A DNA stretch of 64,000 nt, taken from positions 828,300-892,299 of the forward strand of contig OZ241989.1 of the NCBI GenBank assembly GCA_965204495.1, written 5' to 3'. The notes below the pieces were generated by a model. That model saw nothing but the letters and a program-made list of their open reading frames with translations, had not been told where the DNA came from and searched no databases. This document shows positions 1 to 10,252 of this stretch, in pieces. This DNA comes from Candidatus Hopanoidivoransaceae bacterium. GTDB taxonomy: Bacteria; Actinomycetota; Acidimicrobiia; Acidimicrobiales; Hopanoidiivorantaceae. Position numbers and translations under genes: made by a program. The number at the start of each line of letters is the position of its first letter. The first letter of the stretch is position 1.

Positions 1-1931
1 CACTGAGCGAACCCGCCTTCTCTGAGTTCCAGAAGCGAAAGCTCCGCTTCAGCTTCCGCCAGTTTCGCCGCGCAAGTATTCTCAGCCACACGGCTGGCAT
101 ATCTATGCGCCATATTTTTAACTGCCCCCGAATAGTCAATGTCGCCGTCGGCGTCGTTAGGCGGAGCGGCCGTGTTCGTCCTGCCGCTAGCAGCGTAAGA
201 CGGCGCAGGCGACTGCTTGCGAGCCGCACCTGCCGGGCTGCTGGCATGGTCTGCTCTGCTCTCTGAGCCGTCAGCGCAGCCGTCAGGATCACCAGTGCCA
301 GCCGTGGTGTCTCTAGGCGGCGAAGCCGTTAGCGGATGCGGCGATGTCACATCCAGATCCCAAGCCGTTCTCCCAGAAGCCACAGCCAAGGTTCTGTCAG
401 TTGCCGCCACGCCAGGCTCCGCGTCGCTGCCGACTATCCTGTTCTCGTATATCTCCAGGTCGGCGGTAACGCAAGCATTTGCTGTGAAACTTGCCTGCGT
501 AGGCGGCGGGTTCGGCGGGTCGCACCTAGCAGTATCCGCCAGAGACACCCTCTGACCCAAAGCTATCGTTCCGCGATCCACTAGCGACTGTATTTCAGCA
601 GCAGTGTATTCCCTGTCCGCCCTGCCGTCACGGTTGCTGTCGCATCTCGGCATCGGAAACCTATAACCGCACTCGTACGCTCTGGCTGAATTCTTGATCA
701 GTTTCGGCGCTGTGGCAGTGTAATAGCAGCCCAGCCTGCCATAGGCAGTGAATGTCCCAGAAGCAGGCGCGCCAGAATAAGCGATGATCCCAGAAGGCAG
801 ATCGTGGACTTCCACAGCGAACCTGCGCTCATAGCGCAAATCCGAGCGGCACCAGAACCTGTCCGCAGTCCGCCCGACTATATGGCTGAGACCTGTGAGA
901 GACCTGCCCGTGCTGCGCCCTATCCTCTGATAAGAGTCCTCGCCTCTGGGATGAAACAAAGACGGACACAAAGCCACGGACTTGGCTTTCGTCAAATGGT
1001 AAGCGACATTGCCCAGCGCGACACGAACATCAGATGTCACAGTATAAGGAGGCACCCATGTCTGATAGACAGTCCAGACCCACCTCTGGGTTCCGCTGCA
1101 TCTCCTGCTGCCTGTCGATGTTGTGTACCATGAGCCGCCAAAGCATCCGTAATACCCTTCCCCGCCCGTCCAATACCCAGGGATAGTAGTTCGCACAGTA
1201 GTTCCATGCCACGAAGCCCCGAAGTTTCCAGTGCTGCTCGAATCCCGCGACGGCACAGTCCATGTCGCAGTGTCAGGTGAAATAGCACGCCGATACCTTC
1301 TATTTTCAGTATGCCCATCCGCACGAGCCAGATAGCTGCTGTCAGAAGTACCCCCATAAGACCCCACAAGCGTATAGCCCGAAGCCGCTTTAGCTGTCCA
1401 GCTGCCATATCTCAAATCCGAAGCAGATCTTCCAGTTGTGTAAGCTGCCCCGCTCGGAGCGACCACAAGATTGCCGTTCTCGTCCAAAACATGACCCGCA
1501 CCCGAAGCTATCTGCGCTGCGAGCCTGTTCTGCTGCGCTACAAAAGTATCGCAGCCCGCGTTGTTGCCCGCCGATCCCGCCGCCAGCCTCCATGTCGCGT
1601 TGCCGCCTCTGCCTGACGAAACGAGCACCGGGAAATCGTTCACCACGCTGTTATCGGTCTGAAAAAACCCGTCAGCCACACTGCTTTGACAAGCAGCCAC
1701 ACCGCTATAGCCGCCATATTTATGGAAAGGGATATTGAAACTCTTAGCGTTATAGCTCCCATAGCGCAAATTATCAGTATCCCAAGACTTCGGCGTAGGT
1801 CTATTCCCGCCGCCGTGGTTGTGTGCTGCGGCTGGCGTGGACAGTACAGCGACAGCTGCAATGGCTGTCGCTGCGCCGAGCAAAGCAAACGCGAAAAATT
1901 TTACGGCTTTAGAAAAACAAGGTTTCCCCAT
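1..1931 (-). CDS. Large secreted Cys-containing hypothetical protein (>640 aa), C-terminus truncated by the window edge
   Basis: Manual translation: ATG at 1931, MGKPCFSKAVKFFAFALLGAATAIAAVAVLSTPAAA|HNHGGG (Sec signal with AxA site). Frame stays open to the window edge (...KNMAHRYASRVAENTCAAKLAEAEAELSLLELREGGFAQ). Absent from the ORF track because there is no stop in the window. Confidence 0.85.
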   Translation of the reverse strand, partial: MGKPCFSKAVKFFAFALLGAATAIAAVAVLSTPAAAHNHGGGNRPTPKSWDTDNLRYGSYNAKSFNIPFHKYGGYSGVAACQSSVADGFFQTDNSVVNDFPVLVSSGRGGNATWRLAAGSAGNNAGCDTFVAQQNRLAAQIASGAGHVLDENGNLVVAPSGAAYTTGRSASDLRYGSWTAKAASGYTLVGSYGGTSDSSYLARADGHTENRRYRRAISPDTATWTVPSRDSSSTGNFGASWHGTTVRTTIPGYWTGGEGYYGCFGGSWYTTSTGSRRCSGTQRWVWTVYQTWVPPYTVTSDVRVALGNVAYHLTKAKSVALCPSLFHPRGEDSYQRIGRSTGRSLTGLSHIVGRTADRFWCRSDLRYERRFAVEVHDLPSGIIAYSGAPASGTFTAYGRLGCYYTATAPKLIKNSARAYECGYRFPMPRCDSNRDGRADREYTAAEIQSLVDRGTIALGQRVSLADTARCDPPNPPPTQASFTANACVTADLEIYENRIVGSDAEPGVAATDRTLAVASGRTAWDLDVTSPHPLTASPPRDTTAGTGDPDGCADGSESRADHASSPAGAARKQSPAPSYAASGRTNTAAPPNDADGDIDYSGAVKNMAHRYASRVAENTCAAKLAEAEAELSLLELREGGFAQ

Positions 1932-1996
1932 AACCGAGCTAGTTTAATGTCGCAAACCGCCCCAATTTACAAAACGGCTATTTTCCTTGCTGATTT

Positions 1997-3892
1997 TTAG
2001 CTTCTAGGAAAACCTAAGAGATCGCCAGAAGAGAAGACACGCTCACCAAAACCAAAAACAAATATGTCTTCCACGCCATAGGTATCCTCACGGTAAGTCT
2101 CAATTTCGAATGTAGCTTGGCATCCATTGTTCTGCAACTCGCCTGTTACTTCCGCCCGATATCCTCCTTCGCGCCACCACAGCCTAACATACCTTTCACC
2201 TATCGTCGGATGACAAACGATAAGAAACGCAAAGTTTCCATTCTTTGATATTTCTTTGACATGATATGTGCCTTGCGACAGCAGGCTTTCTTGCGGCTGT
2301 ATGCCCGGTGTCAAAAGCGCGTACCATGCGGCGTTAGCGAATTCTGGTATCTCACCTGAAGGCGAAATCCACGCTTCGCACAAAATAAGCTGAGGAGCTT
2401 CCGTCTCGTCTAACAATTCAACAGAGCGTAAAACATCGTGCGCTGTCTGCACAGCTTGGCGGATATAGAAATCTAGGTTGGCTTCCGGGTTTATCCGCTC
2501 ACCGCCATGCAACTCCAACAATCTATCCGTTGTGAAAATAGCATCGCCGCTGTATGTTTTCAAACTTTCGTCCCACTCTCGTGTCGGCTGCAGCAGATCA
2601 GTGAAGCTATAACCGGCTGGCGCTCCGCACACATTCTGCGGTGTGAAACCAAGATCGGAGAGGATACCTTCTATCGTTTCGTAGGCTTGAAGCACCTGTT
2701 CGCGTGTTCCGCGTTCTTCTGGAATCACACCGAAAATGTAGTTGTGAGCGTGGTTTCCTAAAAACCTCAGCCACCCTTGGAGAGTATGAGCTAAAGCAAA
2801 AGTGTACTCGTCGCTGTCTGTTTGCGGCGTATAAATATTCACAGCAGCCAAACCTGGCACATATCTATCACGCGGCACGCTATCTGGCAGAGGAAGCTGC
2901 ACATCGTTTCGCTGTCTCGGTCGCAAACCAGCTTGCTCCCTGGCAACAGCAGGAGCGGTATCTGTGCCAAGCAGAACTATAACGGCTGCGTCTTCTGAAG
3001 CAAACTGCTGCGGCATAGCTGTCGGAGCGTCTATCTCTTCTATTTCTGCTGCAGCCAGTATTTCTGCAGCTCTGTCCTGCCAACCTTCTTGATAATACAC
3101 AGCCGAAGAACTATATCTCTGCGGAGCGTTTGCTGGCGACAAAACCACATATCCCGCTTGCGAAAGCTTATCTGTCATCCTGCCAGCAGCACCAGCAACA
3201 CCGCTTCCGTTCAACACCTGAACCTGTAAAACCACAGGAGATTCAACAACAGTAGTCGTTGTCGTAGTTGTTGAAGATGAAGTTGTCGTTGTGGTTGAAG
3301 ATGTCGCCGCGCCAGGAGGTTCAGATGTTCCAGGAACAGAAGGAGTCGTAGATGTGGTCGTGCTTGATGTGCTAGTTGTGGTTGTCGTTTCTGCCACTGG
3401 TGCTGGCGGCAAAAGCTGCACTTCCACAACATAGCGAGTGCCAACACTATCAGTTATCACACCGCTAGCCGACACATAAATACTCGGCGGCACATCGCCG
3501 CTATCATCATCTTGGAAGAACCAGAAACTCACAAGCTCTTCCACCACAGAAACGGCATCGCCCACATCCGCGTCAACTAAATCCAGCGAAACCTCGCCAG
3601 GAAGACCGCTAAACCAAGCCACCACAGGCGAACCGCCGCCAGAAATTACTACTGTGCCAGTACCATTTCTAGATGTGAATGTCACAACTAAAGTGGTCTC
3701 TTCAAGCACTTCTGGTACTGTTGTAGCATTAGAAACAGTGATGGACGATGCTGTCACGGACTGAAAAATCAACGTGTTTCTTCTGCTGCTGTTGGTGTTT
3801 TCTTCGTCATTTGATGAACATGCTCCAGCAATGAGAACTGCTGTAAAACAGAATAGAGAAAGTATTTCTAGGATATTTTTTTCTGGTTTCAT
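1997..3892 (-). CDS. Lipoprotein with Ser/Thr-rich linker and LytR C-terminal (LytR_C)-like domain
   Basis: Likely start MKPEKN at 3892; lipobox-like LIAGAC; T/S-rich tracts; LytR_C-type motif VQVLNGSGVAGAAGRMTDKLSQAGY...VIVLLGTD; uncharacterised C-terminal domain. Confidence 0.75.
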   Translation of the reverse strand: MKPEKNILEILSLFCFTAVLIAGACSSNDEENTNSSRRNTLIFQSVTASSITVSNATTVPEVLEETTLVVTFTSRNGTGTVVISGGGSPVVAWFSGLPGEVSLDLVDADVGDAVSVVEELVSFWFFQDDDSGDVPPSIYVSASGVITDSVGTRYVVEVQLLPPAPVAETTTTTSTSSTTTSTTPSVPGTSEPPGAATSSTTTTTSSSTTTTTTTVVESPVVLQVQVLNGSGVAGAAGRMTDKLSQAGYVVLSPANAPQRYSSSAVYYQEGWQDRAAEILAAAEIEEIDAPTAMPQQFASEDAAVIVLLGTDTAPAVAREQAGLRPRQRNDVQLPLPDSVPRDRYVPGLAAVNIYTPQTDSDEYTFALAHTLQGWLRFLGNHAHNYIFGVIPEERGTREQVLQAYETIEGILSDLGFTPQNVCGAPAGYSFTDLLQPTREWDESLKTYSGDAIFTTDRLLELHGGERINPEANLDFYIRQAVQTAHDVLRSVELLDETEAPQLILCEAWISPSGEIPEFANAAWYALLTPGIQPQESLLSQGTYHVKEISKNGNFAFLIVCHPTIGERYVRLWWREGGYRAEVTGELQNNGCQATFEIETYREDTYGVEDIFVFGFGERVFSSGDLLGFPRS

Positions 3893-3893
3893 G

Positions 3894-5909
3894 TTATATT
3901 CTTCGGGAATAGCATATCTTAAAGTAATCAGATGTTTGAATTTCAAAATTCCTTTTATTATTGACTATTTTAAGGCTGGTGGCGGGTACGGAAAATGTTA
4001 TTTGTTCAATTTTGTATAGCTTCTTTTTTATACGCAACACGTTTTTTACATCAAAAAATTGATTCCCTTTACTGTAAAACACGCAACTATACCATTTATC
4101 TCTTTGGAATTTATTACTAACATTGACTTCCACAAGTTTGTTATCATCCTTTTCTGCTTCGCGAGTTTTTCTGGATTGAAAGTGCCTATTATTCTTGCGA
4201 TAAAATACGCGTTGATGCCAGATATTGCTTTGACATCTGTGACATTTTTCTAAATTGCATGCAAAACTATCTTTTTCTTCATTTCGCTTTTCTTGCATTT
4301 TGTACTGATCTTTCAAATTTCTTTTTTGCGGTTTACAAAGAAAATGTAATTTTCTGCTTTTGAGCTTTAGAGAGATAAAGAGAATTAAAGAAGAATACGA
4401 GAGTATTAATGCGATAACTGCAATTGCAAAAGCATTCAATAAACTATTATCACTTAGAAGTGCGGCAATTGAAATTGATAAAGAGCTTATAGAAATTATA
4501 ATTGGTAATAACCCCACTGAAAGCGTTGAATATTTTGTTGCAATAAATTTCATCTTATCGTATTGTTTTTCTATTTGATTCATTTTTTGGTCAGCTTTGT
4601 TGAAAAAGTCATAGATAGTAGTGCTCTTTGGGAAAGTGCTGTGTAATTTTGAGGCATATTCATCATAATTTGGAATAATCATATTTTTTGATGCTAAATC
4701 TTTTATTTGAAAATAAGTTGCTTGAACATCTAAAAATTTCTCAATTAGATTTTTGAATCCCCACAAATTTTTCCAAAATATATGATCACGGGACTCAACT
4801 ATTTCATATTGAATAGATGTATAATTATAGTGCGAATGGAAAAAATTATCAAAATATCTACCTAATGCGAACTGGACTCCCAAAACCTCAAAAACATTAT
4901 TAATTCTTTCTAACTCTTCATAGTTTTGAGTTTTTGAGACAGCTATAGTTGTGTTTTGCTCTTTGGTCGAGAACAGATTATATGACCCATTGAATGGTGG
5001 TTTTCTAAGTTTTTTAGAAAAATCTACAAATACTTTTTTCAACTCACTTATGAGATTTATAGAATTTGTCTCATTGCTATGCTTCATTGCTACAACAGTG
5101 TTGATTTCCTGAACGCTACCAATGCCGCACATACCTTCAGTCGCCTCTAAACCACCAAAATTGTTTATATCCCAAATATCACTATTTTTGATGCAACAAG
5201 GAACAGATTCACGATAGAAATTTGTAACTTTTTCTGCAATGCAATCCAAAATCTCTCTAATATTTCTCTCAACATAGACCCGAAAATTTTCGAAAGCTTT
5301 ATTCAAATCTATTTGATCTTTGGAAAGCTTCGAGCCCTCTGTTTTGATACTCACAGACCCAAAAGCAAACTCATAGAACTTTACCTCCAAAGACTTAACT
5401 TTCAAATCAGACAAATCAATCTCTTTAATTTCAGACAGACTTTCCTGAATTTTACTTGCCAGCTTATCCATATCAGACTCTAGAGTTACACTGCATCCAA
5501 TGAAATATGGTGGCGAAACCTTTCTTTCCCAAAAATGTGCGGCATTTGGTGGAAGCCGCCACCCCCACGGTAACTCTTCTTGCATACCTTCAATCACTAT
5601 TTCTTGATGACACTTAGATTCATTATTTTTGTGCAAGTCACTGCTCTCGTCTGAATTGTCTTTAGTAACTTCTTTTGAATTATATCTACCGGCTTGCTCT
5701 TTGTTTAGATCAGCACTGGCATCTGAGTCATCTTCAGTCGCTTCTTTGGGACTATATTTATAATCTCCTTGCAACTCCCGAGAGCTTAGGAAAACGCCCG
5801 TGTAAAATGGTGCCGAAAATGTGATCACCAAATCACTAGGATCCGCAACATTAGGTGGCCCACTACTCTCGGCAGGTGCGGTATCACTCAAAGAATCAGT
5901 GGAGCTCAC
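3894..5909 (-). CDS. Low-GC hypothetical membrane protein with two adjacent TM helices (CorA-like topology, tentative)
   Basis: 671-aa AT-rich ORF; hydrophobic pair LSVGLLPIIISISSLSISIAALL / AFAIAVIALILSYSSLILFISL after a long helical region. Confidence 0.6.
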   Translation of the reverse strand: MSSTDSLSDTAPAESSGPPNVADPSDLVITFSAPFYTGVFLSSRELQGDYKYSPKEATEDDSDASADLNKEQAGRYNSKEVTKDNSDESSDLHKNNESKCHQEIVIEGMQEELPWGWRLPPNAAHFWERKVSPPYFIGCSVTLESDMDKLASKIQESLSEIKEIDLSDLKVKSLEVKFYEFAFGSVSIKTEGSKLSKDQIDLNKAFENFRVYVERNIREILDCIAEKVTNFYRESVPCCIKNSDIWDINNFGGLEATEGMCGIGSVQEINTVVAMKHSNETNSINLISELKKVFVDFSKKLRKPPFNGSYNLFSTKEQNTTIAVSKTQNYEELERINNVFEVLGVQFALGRYFDNFFHSHYNYTSIQYEIVESRDHIFWKNLWGFKNLIEKFLDVQATYFQIKDLASKNMIIPNYDEYASKLHSTFPKSTTIYDFFNKADQKMNQIEKQYDKMKFIATKYSTLSVGLLPIIISISSLSISIAALLSDNSLLNAFAIAVIALILSYSSLILFISLKLKSRKLHFLCKPQKRNLKDQYKMQEKRNEEKDSFACNLEKCHRCQSNIWHQRVFYRKNNRHFQSRKTREAEKDDNKLVEVNVSNKFQRDKWYSCVFYSKGNQFFDVKNVLRIKKKLYKIEQITFSVPATSLKIVNNKRNFEIQTSDYFKICYSRRI

Positions 5910-6097
5910 AGCACCAACCCTCTATAGCGGACCCCCGCATAGCTAAAATTTAGCTGCCACTGAATTAAGTTACTCGATGACCACTTCGCAGATTTATCCA
6001 CTGGTGCAAGGGTTTGCTGAACCGGGGCGAGACGGGGCGGCATCAACCCGCTGCCTGACAGCACCGCTGAGCGTGTCGTGGTCTTCATGTCATTCAT
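5906..6097 (-). CDS. Possible small protein coupled to the 671-aa gene
   Basis: 63-aa ORF whose TGA overlaps the GTG of the next gene (GTGA 4-bp overlap); no recognisable motif. Confidence 0.3.
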   Translation of the reverse strand: MNDMKTTTRSAVLSGSGLMPPRLAPVQQTLAPVDKSAKWSSSNLIQWQLNFSYAGVRYRGLVL

Positions 6098-6230
6098 CCT
6101 AGCATGTCCTGATTACGGTTGCTGAGCTTTTTTGCTTCATGCCGAATAGCATAGCACACTCGGTTCGCGCTTAGCGATTTTGTCTCGGCAATTAGCTGTG
6201 TTTCAGCAATCAACTTCGGCAATCAGCTCT

Positions 6231-8735
6231 TTACCCTGCTTCACAGTTGGGCATCAGAGCATCGGGCAGGGGGTCAGTGTGGATTACTGTCAGGCGGCGC
6301 ATGGCTCTGGTTAGGGCGACATATAGAGATTGGGTGCCTTTGGCGGTTTGGTTGATGATTTCGGCGGGTTCTAGGACTATGGCTGCGTCTACTTCTAGGC
6401 CTTTGGCGTAGCGGACGGGGAGGACGGAGACTGTGGTGCTGAGGGCTCCGTCGTAGGCGGTGGCGCATTCTATGCCGGCTGACCTCAAAGCATCGGCTGT
6501 GGCTTCGGTTTTGTCGTCGGGCACTATTACTGCCACTGTTGCGGCATCGGCTGCTTCTTGCTTTACGGCGGCTGCGACTTGTGAGAACAGATTTTCTTTG
6601 TCGGCTCGGATGACACTCGGGGGTGTGCCTTCTCGTTGCACGGCTACGGGCATCGCCAAGTCGGGGTTGATGTCGTCCAAAAGCTTGGCGGCATAGCAGG
6701 CTATGGGTTCGGGGAGGCGGTAGCCCACTGAAAGCTCGGTTGTGCGGGAGCACCACTTGCTGGGCAACTGCTCCAATAACTCTTCCCAAGAGTCGCACGA
6801 GAGAGGGCCTGTGGCTTGGGCGATGTCGCCGACCAAAGTCATGGAGCCGTTGCGGGAGCGACGGGCCGACATTCGCAGCTGCATCGGCGTGACATCTTGG
6901 GCTTCGTCTATCACCACATGTCCGTAGGTTCGCTCGCATAGGGGCGGCAGACTGGAAGTCTCGCTGCTGGCTGCGTCATCGGAATCGCCGCCGATTTGGC
7001 CAGCCCTGCTGCTGCGTCCTCTTTTGCGGTCGGGAGGGCCGAGCCGCCATCTGGCTTCGTCCAAAAGCGGCACATCGTCCATCGTCCATGACTCTTTAGG
7101 CGGGCGGTTGGAATCTCTGGGCGGGCGGGGGATAGCCAGCAGAGCAAGCTCTTCTGGCGAAAAGTGCTTGCGCCCGGCGGAGCGCAAAAGCGATGGCACG
7201 CTGAAGAGGTCGTAAAGGAACTGAGCCGGGGTGAGTGAAGGCCACATCCATTCCAGTGCTTCTCGCACTTCGGGAGTGTCGCCTATGTCTTCTCGGACTG
7301 CTTGGCTGTCAAGGGCGAATTCGCTCTCGGGCGCTTCGCCTTTGTGTAGGTTGGCGGCCTCGGCCAGCGCGCTGAAAAAACCGCTCTCTATGAGTTTGCG
7401 ACCTGCGCTGTGGGAAATCCGCCTGTTGCGAATGCTTTCTACCAGCTGACGGCTCTGCTCCACGGTGAAGCTGAATTCGGGACGATAGACGATCGTGAAG
7501 TCTTGTCGCAGAGGCCGTTGGCGATCTCTGAGGGCGCGCCTGATGAGCTGCGCCATTCGCAGGTCGCCTTTGACACGGGCTGCGGCTTCGGCGTCAAACC
7601 CTTCCACTACCACATCGGGGAGACCTAGCATCTCGGCTGGAGTAGCCACCACCGCTCCAGCTTCGCCAAGCGACGGCAGCACTATTTCTATGTAGTTGGC
7701 GAAAAGCCGGTTGGGGGCGACGATGAGCACCCCTTGGCGTTCCAGAGGGAAGCGGTGCGTGTAAAGCAGATAGGCGGCCCTGTGGAGGGCGACCACGGTC
7801 TTGCCCGTGCCCGGCCCACCTTGAACCACGAGCACTCCCGGCAGGGGCGAGCGGACGACTTCGTCTTGTTCGGCTTGGATGGTGGCAACGATGTCGCTGA
7901 GCCTGCCAGAGCGAGCTTCGGCGAGGGCTTGACGCACGGCACCGATGCCTCTGATGACGCGACCTGCGCTGTCGCGGACGGCTGGGCTGCTTCGGACTTC
8001 TGGACTGCTTCGGATATCTGTGCTGCCCTGCGCTATCGTGGCGGAGTCGACATCGCTAACGGCATCGCTGCTAGCGGCATTGCTGCTGATGGCATTGCTG
8101 GCCCCATCTTGAGCGGGGAAAGCATATCCAGCCTCATCGCCGAAATATTCGTCTTCAATGCGGAGCAGTCGGCGGCCTAAAGACGAGAAATGACGGCGGC
8201 GGCGAACCCCCATAGGCTCTGGCCCGGTTGCGCGATAAAACGGCTCAGCTACTGGTGCGCGCCAATCCACAATGACCGGGTTGTGCTCCTCGTCCCACAC
8301 CCCGATGCGACCGATGTAGAAAGTGGCCGCACCATAGCTAGCCGCACCATGGCTATCCCCATCTGAGCTAGCACCGCCTGAACTAGCACCGCCTGAACTA
8401 GCCCCGCTTGCGCCAGCCCCGCCATAGCCAGCCTCACCAGAACCAGCCACGCCCGCATCGCAAGCCATGTCAATCCGCCCGAAACAGAGCGAGCGGTCGC
8501 CCAACTCCATCCGCCCCAGCCTGCGCTGCACACGCTCTTCAATCACATCTCGCTCATAGCGCGCCTGGTGCGTGCCGCCCTTACCCGACTCCACAGTAGA
8601 GCGAAGCTGCCGGGCCGCCCCCTTTGAAGCCTCCAAGCAGGCAAAGGCGTGATCTACATAAGCCTGTTCCTGCTCAAGGTCGTCCGACAGCCCAAGATGA
8701 GAACTATCTGTTCTCTTGGATGTATGCGTGTGCAT
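6231..8735 (-). CDS. helD: HelD/HelR-family SF1 helicase-like RNA polymerase recycling ATPase
   Basis: LCFGRID, YIGRIGV, VIVDWRAPVAEPFYRAT, DIVATIQAEQDEVVRS, Walker A GGPGTGKT-VVALHRAAYLLY, HVVIDEAQD, KGLEVD, LYVALTRA. Confidence 0.9.
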   Translation of the reverse strand: MHTHTSKRTDSSHLGLSDDLEQEQAYVDHAFACLEASKGAARQLRSTVESGKGGTHQARYERDVIEERVQRRLGRMELGDRSLCFGRIDMACDAGVAGSGEAGYGGAGASGASSGGASSGGASSDGDSHGAASYGAATFYIGRIGVWDEEHNPVIVDWRAPVAEPFYRATGPEPMGVRRRRHFSSLGRRLLRIEDEYFGDEAGYAFPAQDGASNAISSNAASSDAVSDVDSATIAQGSTDIRSSPEVRSSPAVRDSAGRVIRGIGAVRQALAEARSGRLSDIVATIQAEQDEVVRSPLPGVLVVQGGPGTGKTVVALHRAAYLLYTHRFPLERQGVLIVAPNRLFANYIEIVLPSLGEAGAVVATPAEMLGLPDVVVEGFDAEAAARVKGDLRMAQLIRRALRDRQRPLRQDFTIVYRPEFSFTVEQSRQLVESIRNRRISHSAGRKLIESGFFSALAEAANLHKGEAPESEFALDSQAVREDIGDTPEVREALEWMWPSLTPAQFLYDLFSVPSLLRSAGRKHFSPEELALLAIPRPPRDSNRPPKESWTMDDVPLLDEARWRLGPPDRKRGRSSRAGQIGGDSDDAASSETSSLPPLCERTYGHVVIDEAQDVTPMQLRMSARRSRNGSMTLVGDIAQATGPLSCDSWEELLEQLPSKWCSRTTELSVGYRLPEPIACYAAKLLDDINPDLAMPVAVQREGTPPSVIRADKENLFSQVAAAVKQEAADAATVAVIVPDDKTEATADALRSAGIECATAYDGALSTTVSVLPVRYAKGLEVDAAIVLEPAEIINQTAKGTQSLYVALTRAMRRLTVIHTDPLPDALMPNCEAG

Positions 8736-9051
8736 ATATGATCTCCGCCGTCTCAAGAACACGCTTGCGAAAGCTGGGTAGAGTTCGCCACCACTCCAGG
8801 CTCTGGCGCGTCAGCAGATCCGTTTTCCTCCCGAAAATCTCAGAAAGCTCGCTAGCGGCAGTCTCAAAATCTAGAGAGAGCCAAGAATTCTCGTTCTCCA
8901 TTGTGATCAGCACATCCACATCGCTGTCTGAGCAGAAATCGTCTCTCAGGACTGAGCCGAACAAAGCTAGCTCAGTGATATGCCACTTTTGGCAAAACTG
9001 CGACACAGCTTGCTGATCCACATCGATAGGCAAAGGGGGCGCCATGCCCAT
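8704..9051 (-). CDS. Minimal nucleotidyltransferase (MNT/MntA-type antitoxin), no HEPN partner
   Basis: FCQKWHITELALFGSVLRDDF.SDSDVDVL (GS-x10-DxD) and LSEIFGRKTDL. Confidence 0.85.
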   Translation of the reverse strand: MGMAPPLPIDVDQQAVSQFCQKWHITELALFGSVLRDDFCSDSDVDVLITMENENSWLSLDFETAASELSEIFGRKTDLLTRQSLEWWRTLPSFRKRVLETAEIIYAHAYIQENR

Positions 9052-9135
9052 ATTTTACTTGGCAGTGGGCTTTCTTCCTCAAAAGCGATGTTTGGATACT
9101 CTCATATCCAATATCGCCATTAATCTTAAAGAGCG

Positions 9136-10179
9136 ATGACTTTGAGCGACGAAAATCCGTTTTTGGCGGCTTGCTATGGGCGGGCGCATGAGAGGGTGCC
9201 TGTGTGGTTTATGCGACAGGCTGGGCGGTCGCTGCCTGAATATCGTGCGCTTCGGGGGAGCGACAGCATTCTGATCGCTATAGCGGATGCTGATCTGGCC
9301 ACCGAGATCACGCTGCAGCCTGTGCACCGCTATGGCGTGGACGCTGCCATTTTGTTCAGCGACATCATGGTTCCCGTTCACGCTGTGGGCTTCGGCGTAG
9401 ACATCCAAACGGGCGTGGGGCCTGTGATCGCCGAGCCGTTTTCGGATGCCTCCGATCTTGAACGACTGCGCCCGCTGGAGCCTGAAGAAGACATCTCCTA
9501 TGTGCTGCAGACGGTGCGCAACCTGCAAGCCGAGCTTGTGGTGCCGCTCATCGGATTTGCGGGCGCGCCATTCACCGTTGCCAGCTATCTCATAGAAGGC
9601 GGGCCGACCAAGACTTTTCAGAAAACCAAATCCCTCATGTTTGCCGAGCCGGATCTGTGGGCGGCACTCATGGATCGGCTTTGCGACATCACTGAAGCGT
9701 TTCTGAAGGCGCAGGTTGAAGCGGGGGCGAGCGCGCTCCAGCTTTTTGACAGCTGGGCCGGCACCCTCAGCCCCTCGGCTTACGAGCAGATGGTCTTCCC
9801 CTACACCAAGCGCATCATCGCTGCGACTGACGGCCTCGGCCTGCCCAGAATCTGCCATGGTGTCGGCACTGGCGAACTGCTCGGGCTTTTCGCCCAGACT
9901 GGCGCCGAAGTCGTGGGCGTGGACTGGCGGGTTCCGCTGAACGAGGCTAGACGGCGCACCGGCGGGCAAGTGGCACTCCAAGGCAACCTTGACCCTGCTG
10001 TTTGCTTGGCACCTTGGCCGGTAGCTGCCGAGGAGACACGCAAAGTCTTGGCTGAGAACGGTTCAAACCCTGACTACATTTTCAATCTCGGACACGGAGT
10101 CTTGCCTCAGACCGACCCTGCGATACTGGAACAAATCGTGGAGTTGGTGCACGCCGAAGGCAGCTGCGAGGCGGCATGA
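9136..10179 (+). CDS. hemE: Uroporphyrinogen decarboxylase
   Basis: PVWFMRQAGRSLPEY, DAAILFSDI, LIGFAGAPFTVASY, QLFDSW, QGNLDP, IFNLGHG. Confidence 0.97.
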   Translation: MTLSDENPFLAACYGRAHERVPVWFMRQAGRSLPEYRALRGSDSILIAIADADLATEITLQPVHRYGVDAAILFSDIMVPVHAVGFGVDIQTGVGPVIAEPFSDASDLERLRPLEPEEDISYVLQTVRNLQAELVVPLIGFAGAPFTVASYLIEGGPTKTFQKTKSLMFAEPDLWAALMDRLCDITEAFLKAQVEAGASALQLFDSWAGTLSPSAYEQMVFPYTKRIIAATDGLGLPRICHGVGTGELLGLFAQTGAEVVGVDWRVPLNEARRRTGGQVALQGNLDPAVCLAPWPVAAEETRKVLAENGSNPDYIFNLGHGVLPQTDPAILEQIVELVHAEGSCEAA

Positions 10180-10252
10180 AGACGATTGCCGCGACCTGCT
10201 TGAAGCTGTGACGGCGACTAGAAGCCAGCCCGCAAATATTGCCGGAGAAGAC

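Noticed and set aside
217-1888. Short ORFs in the track across the first 2 kb
   Set aside because: They are shadows of the long minus-strand ORF starting at 1931.
1-6200. Prophage or ICE call for the left-edge block
   Set aside because: No integrase, structural, relaxase or T4SS motifs are visible within the window.
8736-9135. Rifamycin-inducible helR with an RAE element
   Set aside because: No inverted-repeat RAE was recognised upstream and the region is occupied by the MNT gene, so it is called only HelD family.
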